In this document: piece after piece, positions 49,457 through 63,200 of the stretch
Layout of the letters: each line of letters opens with the position of its first letter
How positions within the stretch are numbered: position 1 is the first letter of the stretch
NCBI GenBank assembly: GCA_050273025.1
Contig: CP158635.1
Location: 31,434,001-31,498,000, forward strand
Direction of reading: 5' to 3'
Length of the DNA stretch: 64,000 bases
Source: Cenococcum geophilum
Taxonomy: Eukaryota
Translations under genes and position numbers: made by a program
The notes under the pieces: model-generated
What the model was told of the DNA's origin: nothing
Seen by the model: the letters and a program-made list of their open reading frames with translations, nothing else
Database searches by the model: none

Positions 49457-51369
49457 GGTAATTAGAGTTTAGGATATTATAATGTAAATATATAACCATA
49501 TCTATTTTATACCCGGCTTTAGAAATAGTTTTAGACTTTAGTTTTCTTTAAGTAGGCGTAAAAACTGTAATATTCACCTGCATTTTCACGATATTAGAGC
49601 TGACTCACTTCCACAGGAACCCATTAATATTGGCTATTGTTCTGCCTAATACCGATACACAGCTCGTTCCAGAATATTTCTGCCTTATTCCGGAACAGAT
49701 TGTCCTTAAAGCGGAATAAATCGTGTATCGCTTTGAGCTGCTTTATTCCAGAACATATCTTTTAAAGATTAGGCCAATTGCAGGGTAGTATAGCCCAGTT
49801 AAGGCTCACTAACACTGCATCTATACCGCCGATCGCGAAGCCATTTAAAAGAGTTGCGCTATATACTTAAATTTTATTTCACCCTCAGATTTTATTAGTA
49901 AATAGTTATCGCATAAGGGCCCATAGTAGCCCTAAATTGCTACTGCGACGCCTACACGATGTCGCCAAAAGACCTACTTAATAAGTGTATATTTGGTGGT
50001 CGAATAATATATGTATTAATGGCAGACTCTTTCTAAATTGCTACACTAAGTATAAGATACTAGCTATTCCGCCTCGTATACTTATTAAGCGGAATTCTTC
50101 TCCCTATAAGGCTTTCAAACTCCCTTATACAACTAGCTAAGCTATAGGTGTGTATAGTAATATTATAAAGCTTTCTAAGTACGCTAAGCTTCTATAATAT
50201 ATTACTTTTCTCTTTCTCCTCTTTTGGATCTAACTCCTTTCCCTCTTTATACGACTTAATATTATTAAAAGTAATTAGGTCTTTAAAAAGGAAAGCCTAT
50301 ATAGTAAGGTTTAGAATATAACCCTAATAGCGGATCTGTTAGTAGACAGGATTCTATTTTAATTCCTTTTTTTTTAAAGAAGCTAGTTGCTTATTATTTA
50401 TAGTATAGTTATTGGATATAATAGTACCTAGCTTTTACGTAATCTCGTAGTCCGTAAGCATTTAAAGAAGAGTATTCTATTACTCGTCCCTGCTATAAAA
50501 GGCTACCGTATAAAGGCTAAGAAGAGCGTTTATAAGCTTTTCTGAGCTATTAATAAAATGGCCATAAATTGTAAGGAGAAGGTAATTATTTAAAGAGGTC
50601 TAGATATTAACGGAGAGATAAATGCTTATAAGTATAGACTGCAGTCTCTTTTATATAATATCCTTTTATAATAGCTATAAGTTATAGATCTTTTTACTAA
50701 CTTCTAAATGGGCTGTAGTTATATGGCTATTTACTTTAGAATTAATTAACTATAGAAGAATATGGAACTTTAGCTACTTAACTATCCAAAATAGTAAGTT
50801 TTATATAAAAATTAATATAATAAGAGCTTTATTAATAACTTCCTTATTTAGAACCGCTTAGAGCACTTTTAAATTTAGCTCTTCTATCTTATTTTAAGAC
50901 GACGCTTTAAGGTAAAGATCTTTTAATTAATCCCGTATTGCTTCTAGCGTGGTTTTCAATAAGCAAAAATCCAGCCAATAAAATATTGGCATTTGTCAAT
51001 ATTTGCAGTGTCAATATTGGAATATTGGCAATAATTTGGACAAAATTATTATAATAGAATATATTTATTTCAAAAATAAATATTATGCAAATTATTGGCA
51101 TAGATTGGCAGTTTTATAATATATTCTCGCGTGTAGAAGTATTTGCATACTATAAAATGTCTTGGCACGCGCTCACTCACCAAAATCAATTAATTTAAAT
51201 ATTAACTACCCCTAACTGCACCACAACTATACGCAATTAAAGCTCTATATCTCTAATATAGCCTCTTTACTCTGCTATCTACGTTATCTATAAGTAGCCA
51301 GTTATATAATGGCTTTATGGTGGCGCAGTAGAAGGGTAGTTAGATTTTTTGCGACCGTACGCGTCCTAC

Positions 51370-51810
51370 CAAAGCTCTGCAAAAGCTCTACACGAAGCTC
51401 TACTCGGAGCTCTACTCGGAGCTCTACTTGAAGCTCTACTCGGAGCTCTACTCGAAGCTCCGCTCGAAGCTCTGCTTGAAGCTCTGCTTGAAGCTCTGCT
51501 CGAAGCTCTACTTGAAGCTCTGCTCGAAGCTCTGCTCGAAGCTCTACTTGAAGCTCTGCTCGAAGCTCTGCTCGAAGCTCTGCTCGAAGCTCTGCTCGAA
51601 GCTCTATTAAAACTCCGCTCGAAGCTCTATCGAAGCTCTGCTCAAAGCTCTGCATGAGGCTCTACTCAAAGCCTTATTAAGCTCCACTTAAAGCTCTGCT
51701 CGAAGCTCTGCTCGAAGCTCTATTAAGGCTCTGCACGGAGCTCTACTCAAGCTCTGCTCAAAAGCTCTGCTCAAAAGCTGTACGCGAGGCTCTGCTCGAA
51801 GCTCTACACT
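51370..51810. repeat. 12-bp minisatellite (TCGAAGCTCTGC)n
   Basis: More than 30 tandem units; accounts for the LEAL/RAEL ORFs. Confidence 0.95.
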
Positions 51811-51847
51811 CCACTCCACTCCAAGCTCTACTAACACGCAGCACTAA

Positions 51848-54093
51848 TGTAAGCTTTGCAGTGTGTGGAATTGAACGAGCGACTTGATTGTAAATCTATG
51901 GAAATCAAGTGGTATAAATACATGAAAGTAGACCGAGTCGGTGACTAAGTTAAGGGCTAGGCAACTGAAATAAGGTGGTACGCTAGTGAGACAAATGACG
52001 TTTTGACATGGTACCGGTAGTCCGTTATACACTCCCCCAGGTTTAATGGTGTAGTTAAAGCTGTAGAAAGAAAAATAAAGGTAGAAACTGTACCAAAAAT
52101 AGGAAATTTGGGTACAAATTAGGAATGGTGAAGCTTAATTCGATTCGCTAATGGGCCGATATTAATGCTCCGGTGACGTTGTAGACGTCATACTTAGTAA
52201 CGTTGCGGTCGTCGCAACTGGTGCCGATGTAGGCTGGTCAGGAATTGCTTTAATTGTATCTAAGATATCGTCTTAAAGTCCTTGTGGTGTTTGACGCTAG
52301 TAGATCTGGAGGTACCATTCTACTAGGAGTTGGTGATACAGTCCTGCGTGGAATCAGTAACTGTTCAGCATCCTTTGTAGGAGGCTCTACTGAATTAATT
52401 GATTTAGGTGTAGTGTTATGATCTGCATTCGAGGCAGTCAATTGATCTGTGCTCGGGGTAGTCATTTGATCTGTAACCGAGGTAGATGTTTTGATCTGTA
52501 TTTGAGGTAGTCATTTAATCTGTAGTCGAGGTAGAACTCGAGGTAGTCATTTGAGCTGTAGTCGAGGTAGATCTTTGAAGCTGTTCAATTGCATTGACGT
52601 GCTTATAAAGCTGCTGTTATTGTAGGAGGTGGACGCTGCTGTTGTTGCAGGTAATAGACGTAGTTACTTGGTAACTCTGGTGACGTTAAGATGTCGAATT
52701 TGGTGATGTTGCAGTTATCGCAACTGGTGCCGATGTAGGCTTGACTGGTGCTGTAGAAGCTGGAGTTTTAAAATCAAAATTAATTGTTCCTGTGTTGATA
52801 TTGGCTTTGGCCCAATTCGATTGATCGATTGATTAAATTGTTCTGGTGTTTGAACGGTCGTTGTACGGCTCTGGTAATGGTTGTCTCTTAATTAAATGTC
52901 GTTCAGTAACCGTCCATCTAGTATCTAGCTAAGTTGTAGTAGTGCTAGATCCTTCCATACTGTTTTAGTAATCGTCCATCTAGCACAAGCCTTGTGTCTA
53001 GCCCCAGGACCTGCCTCGTATCTGGCTTGTTGCCTCGTGTCTGGTTCTTTCAGGTCCCTGCCTCGTGTCTGGTTTGCCCTACAAGCTTATAGTACTGTGG
53101 GAGTCGTCTGCTGTAACTGGTCGTTCGCTCTCGATTTGAAAGGGTCAAGAAGGGTCCAGTTAGCTTCTTAGCGAAACCTTATTTTGACGTTCTGAGCTTT
53201 TGATTTGATTGGTCGGTTGTCGTTCGTCGGTCGGGTTCGTACGCTTGGTTTGATCGTCCGTTTAGTGTAGTATTGGTGCCTTCCTAGAAGGCCTTGATTT
53301 GATTTGGCGACAGGCCTATATCGAGGCTCTGGTTTGGTTTGATTCGATGTTCGATATTCGATTTAATCGATCCAGTCGAATTAATCTGGTGTTCGCTAGC
53401 TGGTCGTTCGAACGGTTGTCTAGTTTTGGCGACGGTCCTCTAGCTGCCGTCGGTCTGGTGCCTTCCTTGTGTCTACCCAGTATCCTTGTTTCTTACTATT
53501 AGTATATCTAAGCTAGCTTCTGCTCTGGCTCCGTGCTTTAGCATCTCGCTCTGGCATCTTGCTCTAGCTCTGTGCTCGGGCTATCGCGCTGACTAGGCTC
53601 TCACTTGGACGCCATATGAGGTCGTTACGCTGTGGTGGATAGGTTGACTCTGTCGAATGGTTGTGTATCTGGGTTGAAGGAGGTTAGGCTCGTACGGTCG
53701 GGTTCGTACGGTTAGGTTCGGTTCGGTTTAATCGATGTTCAATGCGATCGATGTTCGATCGTCCGTACGTTTGGTAAATAAAGGTAATCATAAGTATAAG
53801 AGCGGTACCCAGAAGAAGCTCGAAACACTTGCAAAGGTGGTAGATTAATTGCTTAGTAAGCGCTGATTGTACAGATCAGATGCAGTACGGTAGGCAGGCC
53901 GGGCTCATAACTATAAGCTTTGCAGTGTGTGGAATTGAACGAGCGACTTAATTGTAAATCTATGGAAATCAAGTGGTATAAATACATGAAAGTAGACCGA
54001 GTCGGTGACTGAGTCAAGGGCTAGGCAACTGAAATAAGGTGGTACGCTAGTGAGACAAATGACGTTTTGACATGGTACCGGTAGTCGGTTACA
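51848..54093 (-). mobile_element. Non-autonomous Copia-derived LTR element (2246 bp), 182-bp LTRs at 51848-52029 and 53912-54093
   Basis: TSD ACTAA. PBS GTTATGAGCCC next to the right LTR (Ty5/copia-type tRNAi-Met half-molecule primer site). PPT GGGGGAG next to the left LTR. No recognisable gag/pol domains. Confidence 0.92.
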
Positions 54094-54209
54094 ACTAATA
54101 TACTAGAAAGACTCTATAATCGTATACAAATGGTTCTATAATTAATCAATTTATTAATTAATTACCTACACGAACGGCTATACAAATATCTATACGTGAT
54201 AGATATCTA

Positions 54210-54531
54210 TCCCTTAACCCGCCGACGTCCACTAAGTATATGGTCCGTGCGGAACACCAGAATCAGAAGTACGCGTATAGCCTAAGTAGATTTAATTAAT
54301 ACAATACTATTAAATATGCCTTCTAATTATACTTCCAATGATATAGACCTTGTTTAGCCGACTTAATATAACGTTTAACCAAATCGGGTCGCTAAAGGCT
54401 CACTACTAGAGCCGTAGCCGCTGCCTGATTTTATAACGGCTTTATATTTCTAATCACAACGATTAATTGCATTGATCTTATTGGTTGGTTCTTATCGATA
54501 CCAAGTGGACGAATTTCGGCGGGTTAAGGGA
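54210..54531. mobile_element. MITE, 322 bp, TIRs TCCCTTAACCCGCCGA..., TA target
   Basis: Inverted termini extending to GTCCACT with a 4-nt indel. TA at 54208-54209 and 54532-54533. Confidence 0.8.
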
Positions 54532-55390
54532 TACGTCTATATGCCTGCACGCCGCACGTGGTTCTGTATAAGGCTCTACGCGAACCTCTGTATAAAGCTC
54601 TACTAAAGCTCTACACGAGGCTCTGCCTAAAGCTTACCCTACTGCAAAGCGCGGCGGAGGGATAGGATTTGCGAAGCAAATCCCTACTAACTAGTATCTA
54701 TAGGTTAAAAGCCTTCTTTTACTAGCAGTTTAATAACTCTTCTATATTAAGGGAGTCTAAGATAGGTATAAAAAGTAATAAGTCTGCTTTGGAAGCTATA
54801 ATACTTAATAATTTATCCGTACGATGTTAAAGTTGAATTTTTTTTGAAGGGGTGCCAGGAGGATCTGCAAATATTACAAATATTGCCAATACTCGCCAAT
54901 ATTGATCAATCTAATTAGCAATATTGACATTGAAAACTACGCTGATTGCTTCTTTTATATAACTAGTTTTAGGCTTAACCGTAATGCCATACTTTAACGC
55001 TAAGTAGTTTTAGAAGTTAGAAGTCGACTATATAGTGTATAACTCTATACAGTGCCTATAATAGAGTAAAAAACGGGCCTTTTTATTTCGTACGGGCTTA
55101 CTATTGCTTATTAGACAGGTATGCTCCTATATTAAAAGAGCTAAGCGACCTCTTATTTTTAATTTAGAAGTATTAATAGAGTTAAGAGCTTCTAATTCCA
55201 CATCTAAAGCTATATTTTATACGATAATAAAAAAGAAGAAGGCAACTGAAATTTTATTTAGGGTATGCTAAGACTTATCTCAATAAGATTTATCTGAAAC
55301 TAGCCTATAAGGAGCAGCAAAGCGATTCTAATAGAGATATAATTACGACTTTATTAAGGCACGAGCGTCGAATTCAAGGCCGACAACCTC

Positions 55391-56755
55391 TAATAGGAGG
55401 ATACTAAAGGATACGCCCTATTCTAGCCCCTTAAGGACTAAATACCCCCACCTAGTTATAGGCGGCTTATTAGCAAATTACTAAACCCTTTTACTACCTC
55501 CCCTTAGATCTTCTAATATACCTAAAAAGTATAGTATATAAGGTAGACTAAAAGATATAAAGATATATTAGCTAGGTAAAGGCGAAACACATAAACCTAG
55601 CTAAAAGTAAATACTTAGGGTTTCCCCCTTATAGGGCTTTTTCCTACACTAAAAGGTAGAAGCCTATATAGATCTAAAAATAAACTAAATTAAGTAATAA
55701 ATAGAATTAATAATAATAATATACTATATACTACTTTTCTATAGCTACTGCTTAGTAAGGTACTAGCTATTTATAAATATAGGTATAAATAATATTACTT
55801 AGATGCTCTCTATAAGTAGAGGCCTATAAGTAGTAGTAAAATAGCTTATATGCTAAGAAGTTCTTTAGTAGTTTTAAATAGTATATAAGATCTAATTAGA
55901 GGATATTAAAGGATATACCCTTTTCTAGCCCCTTAAAGACTAAATACCTCTACCTAGCTATAGGTAGTACGCTAGCGAATTACTAGATACTTTTACTACC
56001 CCCTTTTAAATCTTCTAATATACTTAGAAAGTATAGTATATAAGGTAAACCTAAAGATAGAAAAAGATATTAGTTTAGTAAAGGTAAAACGTATAGAACT
56101 AGCTAAAAGGAAATACTTAGGTTTTCCCCCTTATAGGGCCTTTTCCTATATAAAAAGGTAGAAGTATATATAGATTTAAAAAGGAACTAAATTGGGCAAT
56201 AAATAGAATTAATATAATAATTATATACTTAAGCCTAAAGCTTAATATAAAGTTTTAAATCTCTTTATAAATATTTATTGCCTAATTTAGTCCCTATTTA
56301 GGTCTTTATAGGCTTTTACCTTTCTATATAGGAAAAGGCCCTATAAGGGGAAAACCCTAAGTATTTCCTTTTAGCTAGTTCTATACATTTTATCTTTACT
56401 AAACTAATATATTTTTATATCTTTAGGTCTACCTTATATACTATACTTTTTAGGTATATTAGAAGATCTAAGGGGGGTAGTAGAAGTATCTAGTAATTTA
56501 CTAGCGTACTACCTATAGCTAGGCGGCAGTATTTAGTCTCTAAGGAGCTAAAAGAGGGCATATCCTTTAGTGTCCTCCTATTAGATCTTATATACTACTT
56601 AGAATTACTAAAGAACTCCTTAGCCTATAGGCTATTTTAATACTATTTATAGGCCCCTACTTATAGAGAGTATAGATAATATTATTTATACCTATATTTA
56701 TAAATAGCTAATACCTTACTAAGCAGTAGCTATAAAAAAAGTAGTATATAGTATA
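55391..56755. repeat. ~1-kb foldback (arms ~55720-56205 and ~56272-56755) preceded by a third, partial direct copy (55391-55712)
   Basis: Arms are reverse complements, e.g. TTTCCCCCTTATAGGGC vs GCCCTATAAGGGGAAA. 55391-55712 repeats ~55893-56213. Confidence 0.85.
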
Positions 56756-57265
56756 CTAACTAAATAGGCTATCTATAAGTATATTAAGGTATAGTATTTA
56801 GAATATAAATACTTATTAGCTATATATTTAGGCTTAAAATCTCTATCCGTAGTAGGAAGGCAGCTATAGATTTTACCTTTATTAGTCCTTTATATAGGGG
56901 AAGTATTAGTATTAACTATAGGGTATTCTATATAGCTACGTCTTATATTTTTACTACCTCCTTCTATTATCGCTTCTATTTAAGGTCTACTTATCTTGCG
57001 ATAAGTATAGTAGATCTCTATCTATACTAATAGCCTCTTATCCTCTATTACTATAGTAGTACTCTACTAATACGGCGCTAGGTCTCCACCTAGTAAGCTA
57101 GTAATTTATATATATTTTTTCTCTCTCTTTATTACCTATAGGTAGAGGGCTTCCTAGCTAGTATACTTAGGCGTATTACCTTTTTAAGGGGCCCTCGCTC
57201 CTTATATATATCTTATTCCTTATATACGTTTTAGTATTTAGTATATATTTTCTTTTACTAGGTGG

Positions 57266-60200
57266 TGTTACGAACGCTTTAAGTACGATATTATAACTAC
57301 TTGGAGAGGAGTTGGAAGAAGCTAGTTGGTTAATATAAGCACGGTTTAGGATAGAGCCGATAGAGCTATGTAACGAGGAATGGTAACTAAGGTCACGTGA
57401 CGTAATCTATATAATCTGTAAGATCTGCGTAATCCGTAACAGAGTAGATAGAGTACACGTATATTATATATAAGAAGGATTTTATAGGAGTACGGTTGTG
57501 TATTTAAGGACCCTTAATCCCTACCTAGATAGTTCCTTCCTTATAGTAATTCTTAGAATATAATTAGAGTTAATCTATTAGGCAACTACTCCACTAGTTA
57601 TTATTACGTTATTAACTTTAATTTATATTACCTATACACCTAGCCTATTAACAAGCCTATCTTAGTTCTTACTATAAGGTTCCGTTACACAATTACTACC
57701 TAGTTATAGTATTAAATACAGAAAGTTAAATAATATGCCACCAAAAGCAGCCACTATGACGCTATTGACGGCGGCAACTACTTTAAGGTCAGGTGACACT
57801 AGTATGGCAAATACTAACTTATAGCAACCTGTAACGGTTAGATAGTTATAAAAAATAGTTAACTAGTTAATAGAAAATAACGTAGCACTTAAAACTAGGA
57901 TTAACGGAATAGGCGCAGTAAAGGTTAAGTTACTATTAATTAAAAGATTCTTAGGAGAGAGATTAAAGCTTAAAGAATTCCTTACGTAAATGCATTTTAA
58001 GGTTGCGTAGAAAGGAGCTAAGCTGGTAATACCTATAAATTAAATAGCGTATGCCGGATTATTCTTAATAGGAAGGGCACTTAAGTGGTTTAAGCTTTAC
58101 CTTATAAAAATATAAGCAAACGGGATAACGACTATAAACTAAGAGGTACGGTTTATATTCTTAAGCTAGAATGGATTTGTGGAACGACTTACGTAAATAT
58201 TTAGAGACCCGGAGGCAGTAACTACGGCGGAAAGAAAACTTTAGAATATTATGTAATAAACCTTAGCAATTAAGTATATAATATAGTTTTAGACGCTAGT
58301 AATATAAGTTAAGTGGAATAATAGGGCGCTTATAGCATAGTATAAATAGGGACTTAAGGCTAAAGTCTAGGACGTAATTATCCTAATAGAAGATGCGGAT
58401 ACCCTATAGGAGTTAATAGATTAAGTAATTAAGATTAATAATTAGATCTATTAAAGGAAATAGACTAAAAGAGGTTAGGATAAAGTTCTATAGTTATATA
58501 AGGCGTAGAGTATATAATAACTAAAGCCAAGTTAGAAATTATGGTATAGCGTAAAGCTAATAGACCTAAGTGGTACTAAAGAAGCCTATAAGAGATAGAG
58601 TAAGAAACTATAGAAACCTAAAGGTTAAGGATCTAGTAATTATAGGACTAAGGAGTACAGGCTAAACTAAGGATCTTAGTAGCAGAAAACGTTTAGGCGG
58701 ACTTTATAGTAAAGTTAGTAGTTTAAAGATAGAGCTTATATAAATTACGGGAAATAAGGTTATTTCGCAAGGGATTATAAAGATGGTTAGAGTTACTATA
58801 TAATAAAGGGAACTAGACTAGTAGTAGGAGATATATACGTATAGAGGGATAATAGTATACTACGAGGAACAAAAGAATGTTTAATTAGAAGTTTCGCGTT
58901 TTGTTATAATAACGTATGCCGAATTTATAAAGACGCTAAGTATAGCGCAAGCTATTAGCTATAGGAGCCAAAATCTATAAAGTATAGAGGGATTAATAAA
59001 CCAGTTCGCAAATCAGATATTAAGGACGATGAATTTAATATAGGCGAAACATTTTATAATAATAAGGTAATAAGGGCGGCTTACTAGGAGTACGCAGACC
59101 TCAGAGATGTTATATAAGAGGTAGAGGATAATTCTACTATAGAATAAGGAACATTAGTAGGGATTAAGACCCCACTAGACACAATGTCTATCGCTTTATA
59201 AGATATAAGAGAAGTAGAACAGCGAACTACTTTAGTACTCGATAAAGGTAAAAGGCTAAAGGCTTAAGATTTTTAAGATAAGATAAGAGATAACTAAGAC
59301 TTTTAAGACGAGATAAGGTAAGCTTAAGGACCTATAATAGACAATAACTAATGGAGCAGAGCAGTAGCTTAGTTTAAAGATATATAAATAAGCTCGGGAT
59401 AGAGTTTCCCATAGGCACAAGACTCTTAAGATGAGATAAGAATACCTAAGCCTAGTTAGACTAAGGTAGGAGTGAAGCTTAAGTTAGAAGTAAGCTTAGG
59501 ATTAAAGAATCCAAGGGATTAAGAATTTGGAAAATAAATAAGGACACCTATAAATAAGAGGTAAGGAGCTTCTTTATAGATTAGAGAATCTATAGTATAA
59601 ATAGTAGTTAGACTAGGAGACAGATATATAGACCTAGAAGACTTACTAGGGGAATAAAGTGTTTAGCCCAAGAATTAAAAAGTTAATACTAAGATTAAGA
59701 AGTAAGAAGACTTTAAGAATCCACTTATAAGACGTAAAAGAAAAGAAACCATAAAGGAATTTAGAGCGCGAATTACCTTATAGCAAGAGCAAAAACTAGA
59801 TAAGAGATCTAGCATACTAGGTTATATAAGGGACAGAGCACCTATATAAAGGATTACTAATAGGCCTAGAGCAGGCATACTAAGAGCTAAATAGCTTACT
59901 AAACTAGAATAAGAAGAGGATCTAGGGATTTTAACTAGGTTTGAAGAACGATACATAAAGAGCTATTATAATGTAGTAATAAGAAGATACTTCCTTATGG
60001 ACGAGCCGTATATACTCTAGCAGCTATACTAAAAGTAGTATAGATAAAGGTATAATGACGAGTAGGAAGATTTCTATATATAGTTGGACGAGAAAGTTAT
60101 CTAAAACCACCTAATTATAGAAAAGGCTATAAGTTATATTAAAGGAGCCTTAATTATAATATTAAAAGATCTAAAGGAGTAATTAGAGGACTAGAGAAGT

Positions 60201-63200
60201 AAGAGGCAAATTATAGTACCTGTAAGTAAAGTTGTAACGCTTAAATTAATATAAGAGAGGTTTAAACTCTAGGATAAAAATAAGCTAAGAGTTAACCTAA
60301 GACACTAAGCACACTATATATTAGTATAGATTTCGTGCGTAGATAATGCGTATAATATATATAGAGTACCTAAAGATAAGAACTGAAAATACCTAGTAAG
60401 GATACACTGGTTATTAGATAAGGTAAAGTATATAAACGCTAAATATATATATAGTTAGCACCTAGTAGAAGTATAAAGCTAAGGGGACTTAATACTTTAA
60501 CTAGGAAGATTTCTTACAGAAGAATACCTAAATAGACGATAGTGGTGGGAATGCCCAGAGAATACGTGTCTATAGTATATTAAAGATAAAAAGTAAACTA
60601 AGTATTAGCTAAGAGCGGACTAAGTATAAATAGGATTAAGTAGCTAATAATTAGGAAAAGTAGAGGCCTATAGGACTAGAGGGAACTAGTAGTAGAGCCT
60701 TAAACCCTTAAAGGAATTTAAGGATAATACCTAAATTTATAAGTTAAGTGGTAAGATTAATAATTTAAAGCATTAATAGATAGTGGAGCAATAAGGAACT
60801 ATATCTCGCTAGCAGCAGTTAAAAAAATGGGATTACTATACAGGAAAAAGGAATATCCTTACCTATTAGTTATAATTTTAGGAGATCTAATAGCCTATAG
60901 AGGAGGTATTATTAATCTTAAAATAGGACCTATTTAGATAACTATTAAAGGGAGATAAATTAAGATGTCTTTTGATATATTACTATTAGGAAATAATAAG
61001 GCAGTACTAAGAATACCTTGGTTACAGGAATATAATCCAAAAATTAATTAGGTTATAGGTTAGGTTAATATTAAAGATACTTAACGTCGCAAAATGCGAT
61101 AATAAGCCAAGTTGGTATAGTACTAAGTAGGAGCGACCTATAAAGAAATAGAAAAAGGATTAAGCCATATACTAAAGAAATACTATAAGTATAGTAAGAA
61201 ACTATGGTTACTAAAGAGTGAAAAGCTATTAGAGTATATAGTATAGGACTATAAGATAGAATTGGAACTAGGAATAAGTCTAAGGTTCTTTCCAATCTAT
61301 AAGCTTACTAAAGAAGAAGGTAGAGCATTAAAAGAGTTTATCTAGGAAAATCTATAAAAGGGATATATTAGACCATCGCAGTTATTAGTAGGTTATCTAG
61401 TACTATTTATACTAAAGAAAAATAGCAAACTAAGGCTGTCTATTAACTATAGACAGTTAAACAGCATCACTAGGAAGGATAGGTATCCTTTACCCTTAAT
61501 TAGTAAAATTTAAGACAGGATAGGCAACGCGCAAATCTTTATAAAGATAGACCTAAGATAGGCGTACTATTAAATCAGAATTAAGGAAGGCGACGAATAA
61601 AAAGCAGCCTTTAGGTCAAAGGAAGGACTATATAAACTATTAGTTATACAATTTAGGCTTATAAACGCACTAGTAACGTTTTAGAAGCATATTAACAATA
61701 TATTAAGAGAATACTTAGATGAGTTTATTATAGTATATCTTAACGATATTATTATCTACTTAATAACTAAGGAAGAATATGGAGAACACGTTAAATAGGT
61801 TTTAAAGAGACTATAAGAAGAATAAATGCTAGTAGCAATTAAGAAATGCAAGTTCTTTACTAGGAAGACCGATTTTATTAAATTTATTATTAAACTAGGC
61901 CAACTTAGTATAGATCTAAAGAAGATTAAGGCTATAGTAAATTAGTAAGAACTAGAGAACGTTATATAGTTAAGATCGTTTCTAGGGTTTTACAATTACT
62001 ATAGAAGGTTTATAGCGCAATAGTTAAAGGATATTAAACCATTTATGTAATTAATAAAGAAAGAAGAATTATAGGTATAGGGAGAGGAACAATAGGAGTT
62101 ATTTAAAAAAAGTTAAAGAGCTATTTACTTAAGAGCCAGTTCTTAAGATCTATTAACTAGAACTAAAGACGGTTATAAAAATAGATATATTAGATTATAT
62201 ACTAGGGGCGTACTTTATATAGAGATATTAAAATAAATAGCACCTAGTGGCATACTATAGTTAGAAGATAACACTACTAGAGTTAAACTATAACATCTAC
62301 AATAAGGAGTTATTAGGTATAGTTATAGCACTAAAGAAATAGAGAGTATTCTTGCAAGGTATAGAGAAACTATTTATAGTTGAGATAGATTATAAGAACC
62401 TAATAGGATTTTTAATAATAAAGGAACTTAACTAAAAATAGGTTAGATGGGCAGAGATACTTATAGAATACTATTTTAAGATTTAGTATACTAAAGGTAC
62501 AGACAATATATAAGCAGACGCTTTAAGTTAAAAGGCTAAACTATAAAATAACGAAAAGCTATTAGGGGCTTTATTACGAAAAGACATAGACGGATTAATT
62601 AGGTATAATTATCTAAAAATTATAGTAACTTAGGAAGAACTAGGTAAAGTTTATAAGTTACTAGAGAGCTTTTAGGTATAAAGGATTCTAAAAGCATAGC
62701 TAAAAGATCTATAGATGGATATATATAAATATTAAAAAGTAAAGTATATCCTAAGAAGCATAGCAGAATAATTTATAGAAGATTTCTATAAAGGATTAAC
62801 TTAAGGACATAATGGAGCTATAGGCTTAGTGTTAAGACTCTAAAAGGAGTACATTATTAATGGAATCTAGGGCTTAGCGTAAAAAGTTACTAAAAAATAT
62901 CTAGATTACTAGAGAAATAAACTAATAAGGCATAAGCTATATAGAGGGCTATAACCTATTAAAATACCAGAGAGATTATAGGAGGTTATATTATAGGACT
63001 TTATTATTAAGTTATTAAAATTAAGAGATCCTATTACCGAATAAGATTACGACGTAATCTTAGTAATGGTAAATAAGCTTATAAAGTAGGGATACTTTAT
63101 AGCGTGTATAGAAGAGATATTAGTAGAAGATATCGCTAGAATCTATATTAAAGAAGTATTTATAAGGTATAGAGCACTAAGTAAAATTATATTAGATAGA

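Larger units (their letters stand above)
50945..54944. mobile_element. Non-autonomous hAT element with nested insertions
   Basis: 16-bp TIRs (C)AGCGTRGTTTTCAAT. Perfect 8-bp TSD ATTGCTTC (50937-50944 / 54945-54952). AATATTG subterminal repeats at both ends. Confidence 0.93.
49970..55330 (-). pseudogene. hAT transposase remnant (BED zinc finger plus N-terminal DDE core; C-terminus missing), split by the 50945-54944 insertion
   Basis: De-RIPed W(E)H...C.HC...TSNF(Q)N(H)L..K(H) BED finger ~54985-55170. LPF..VE, I(H)LSV(D)I(W)TS ~50595-50622, IR(C).G(H)ILNL...AFLF ~50285-50337, TR(W)NS ~50065-50080. Boundaries approximate. Confidence 0.85.

Noticed and set aside
51302..51657. RAEL/LEAL coiled-coil-like ORFs
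   Set aside because: By-product of the 12-bp tandem repeat; no unique coding flanks.
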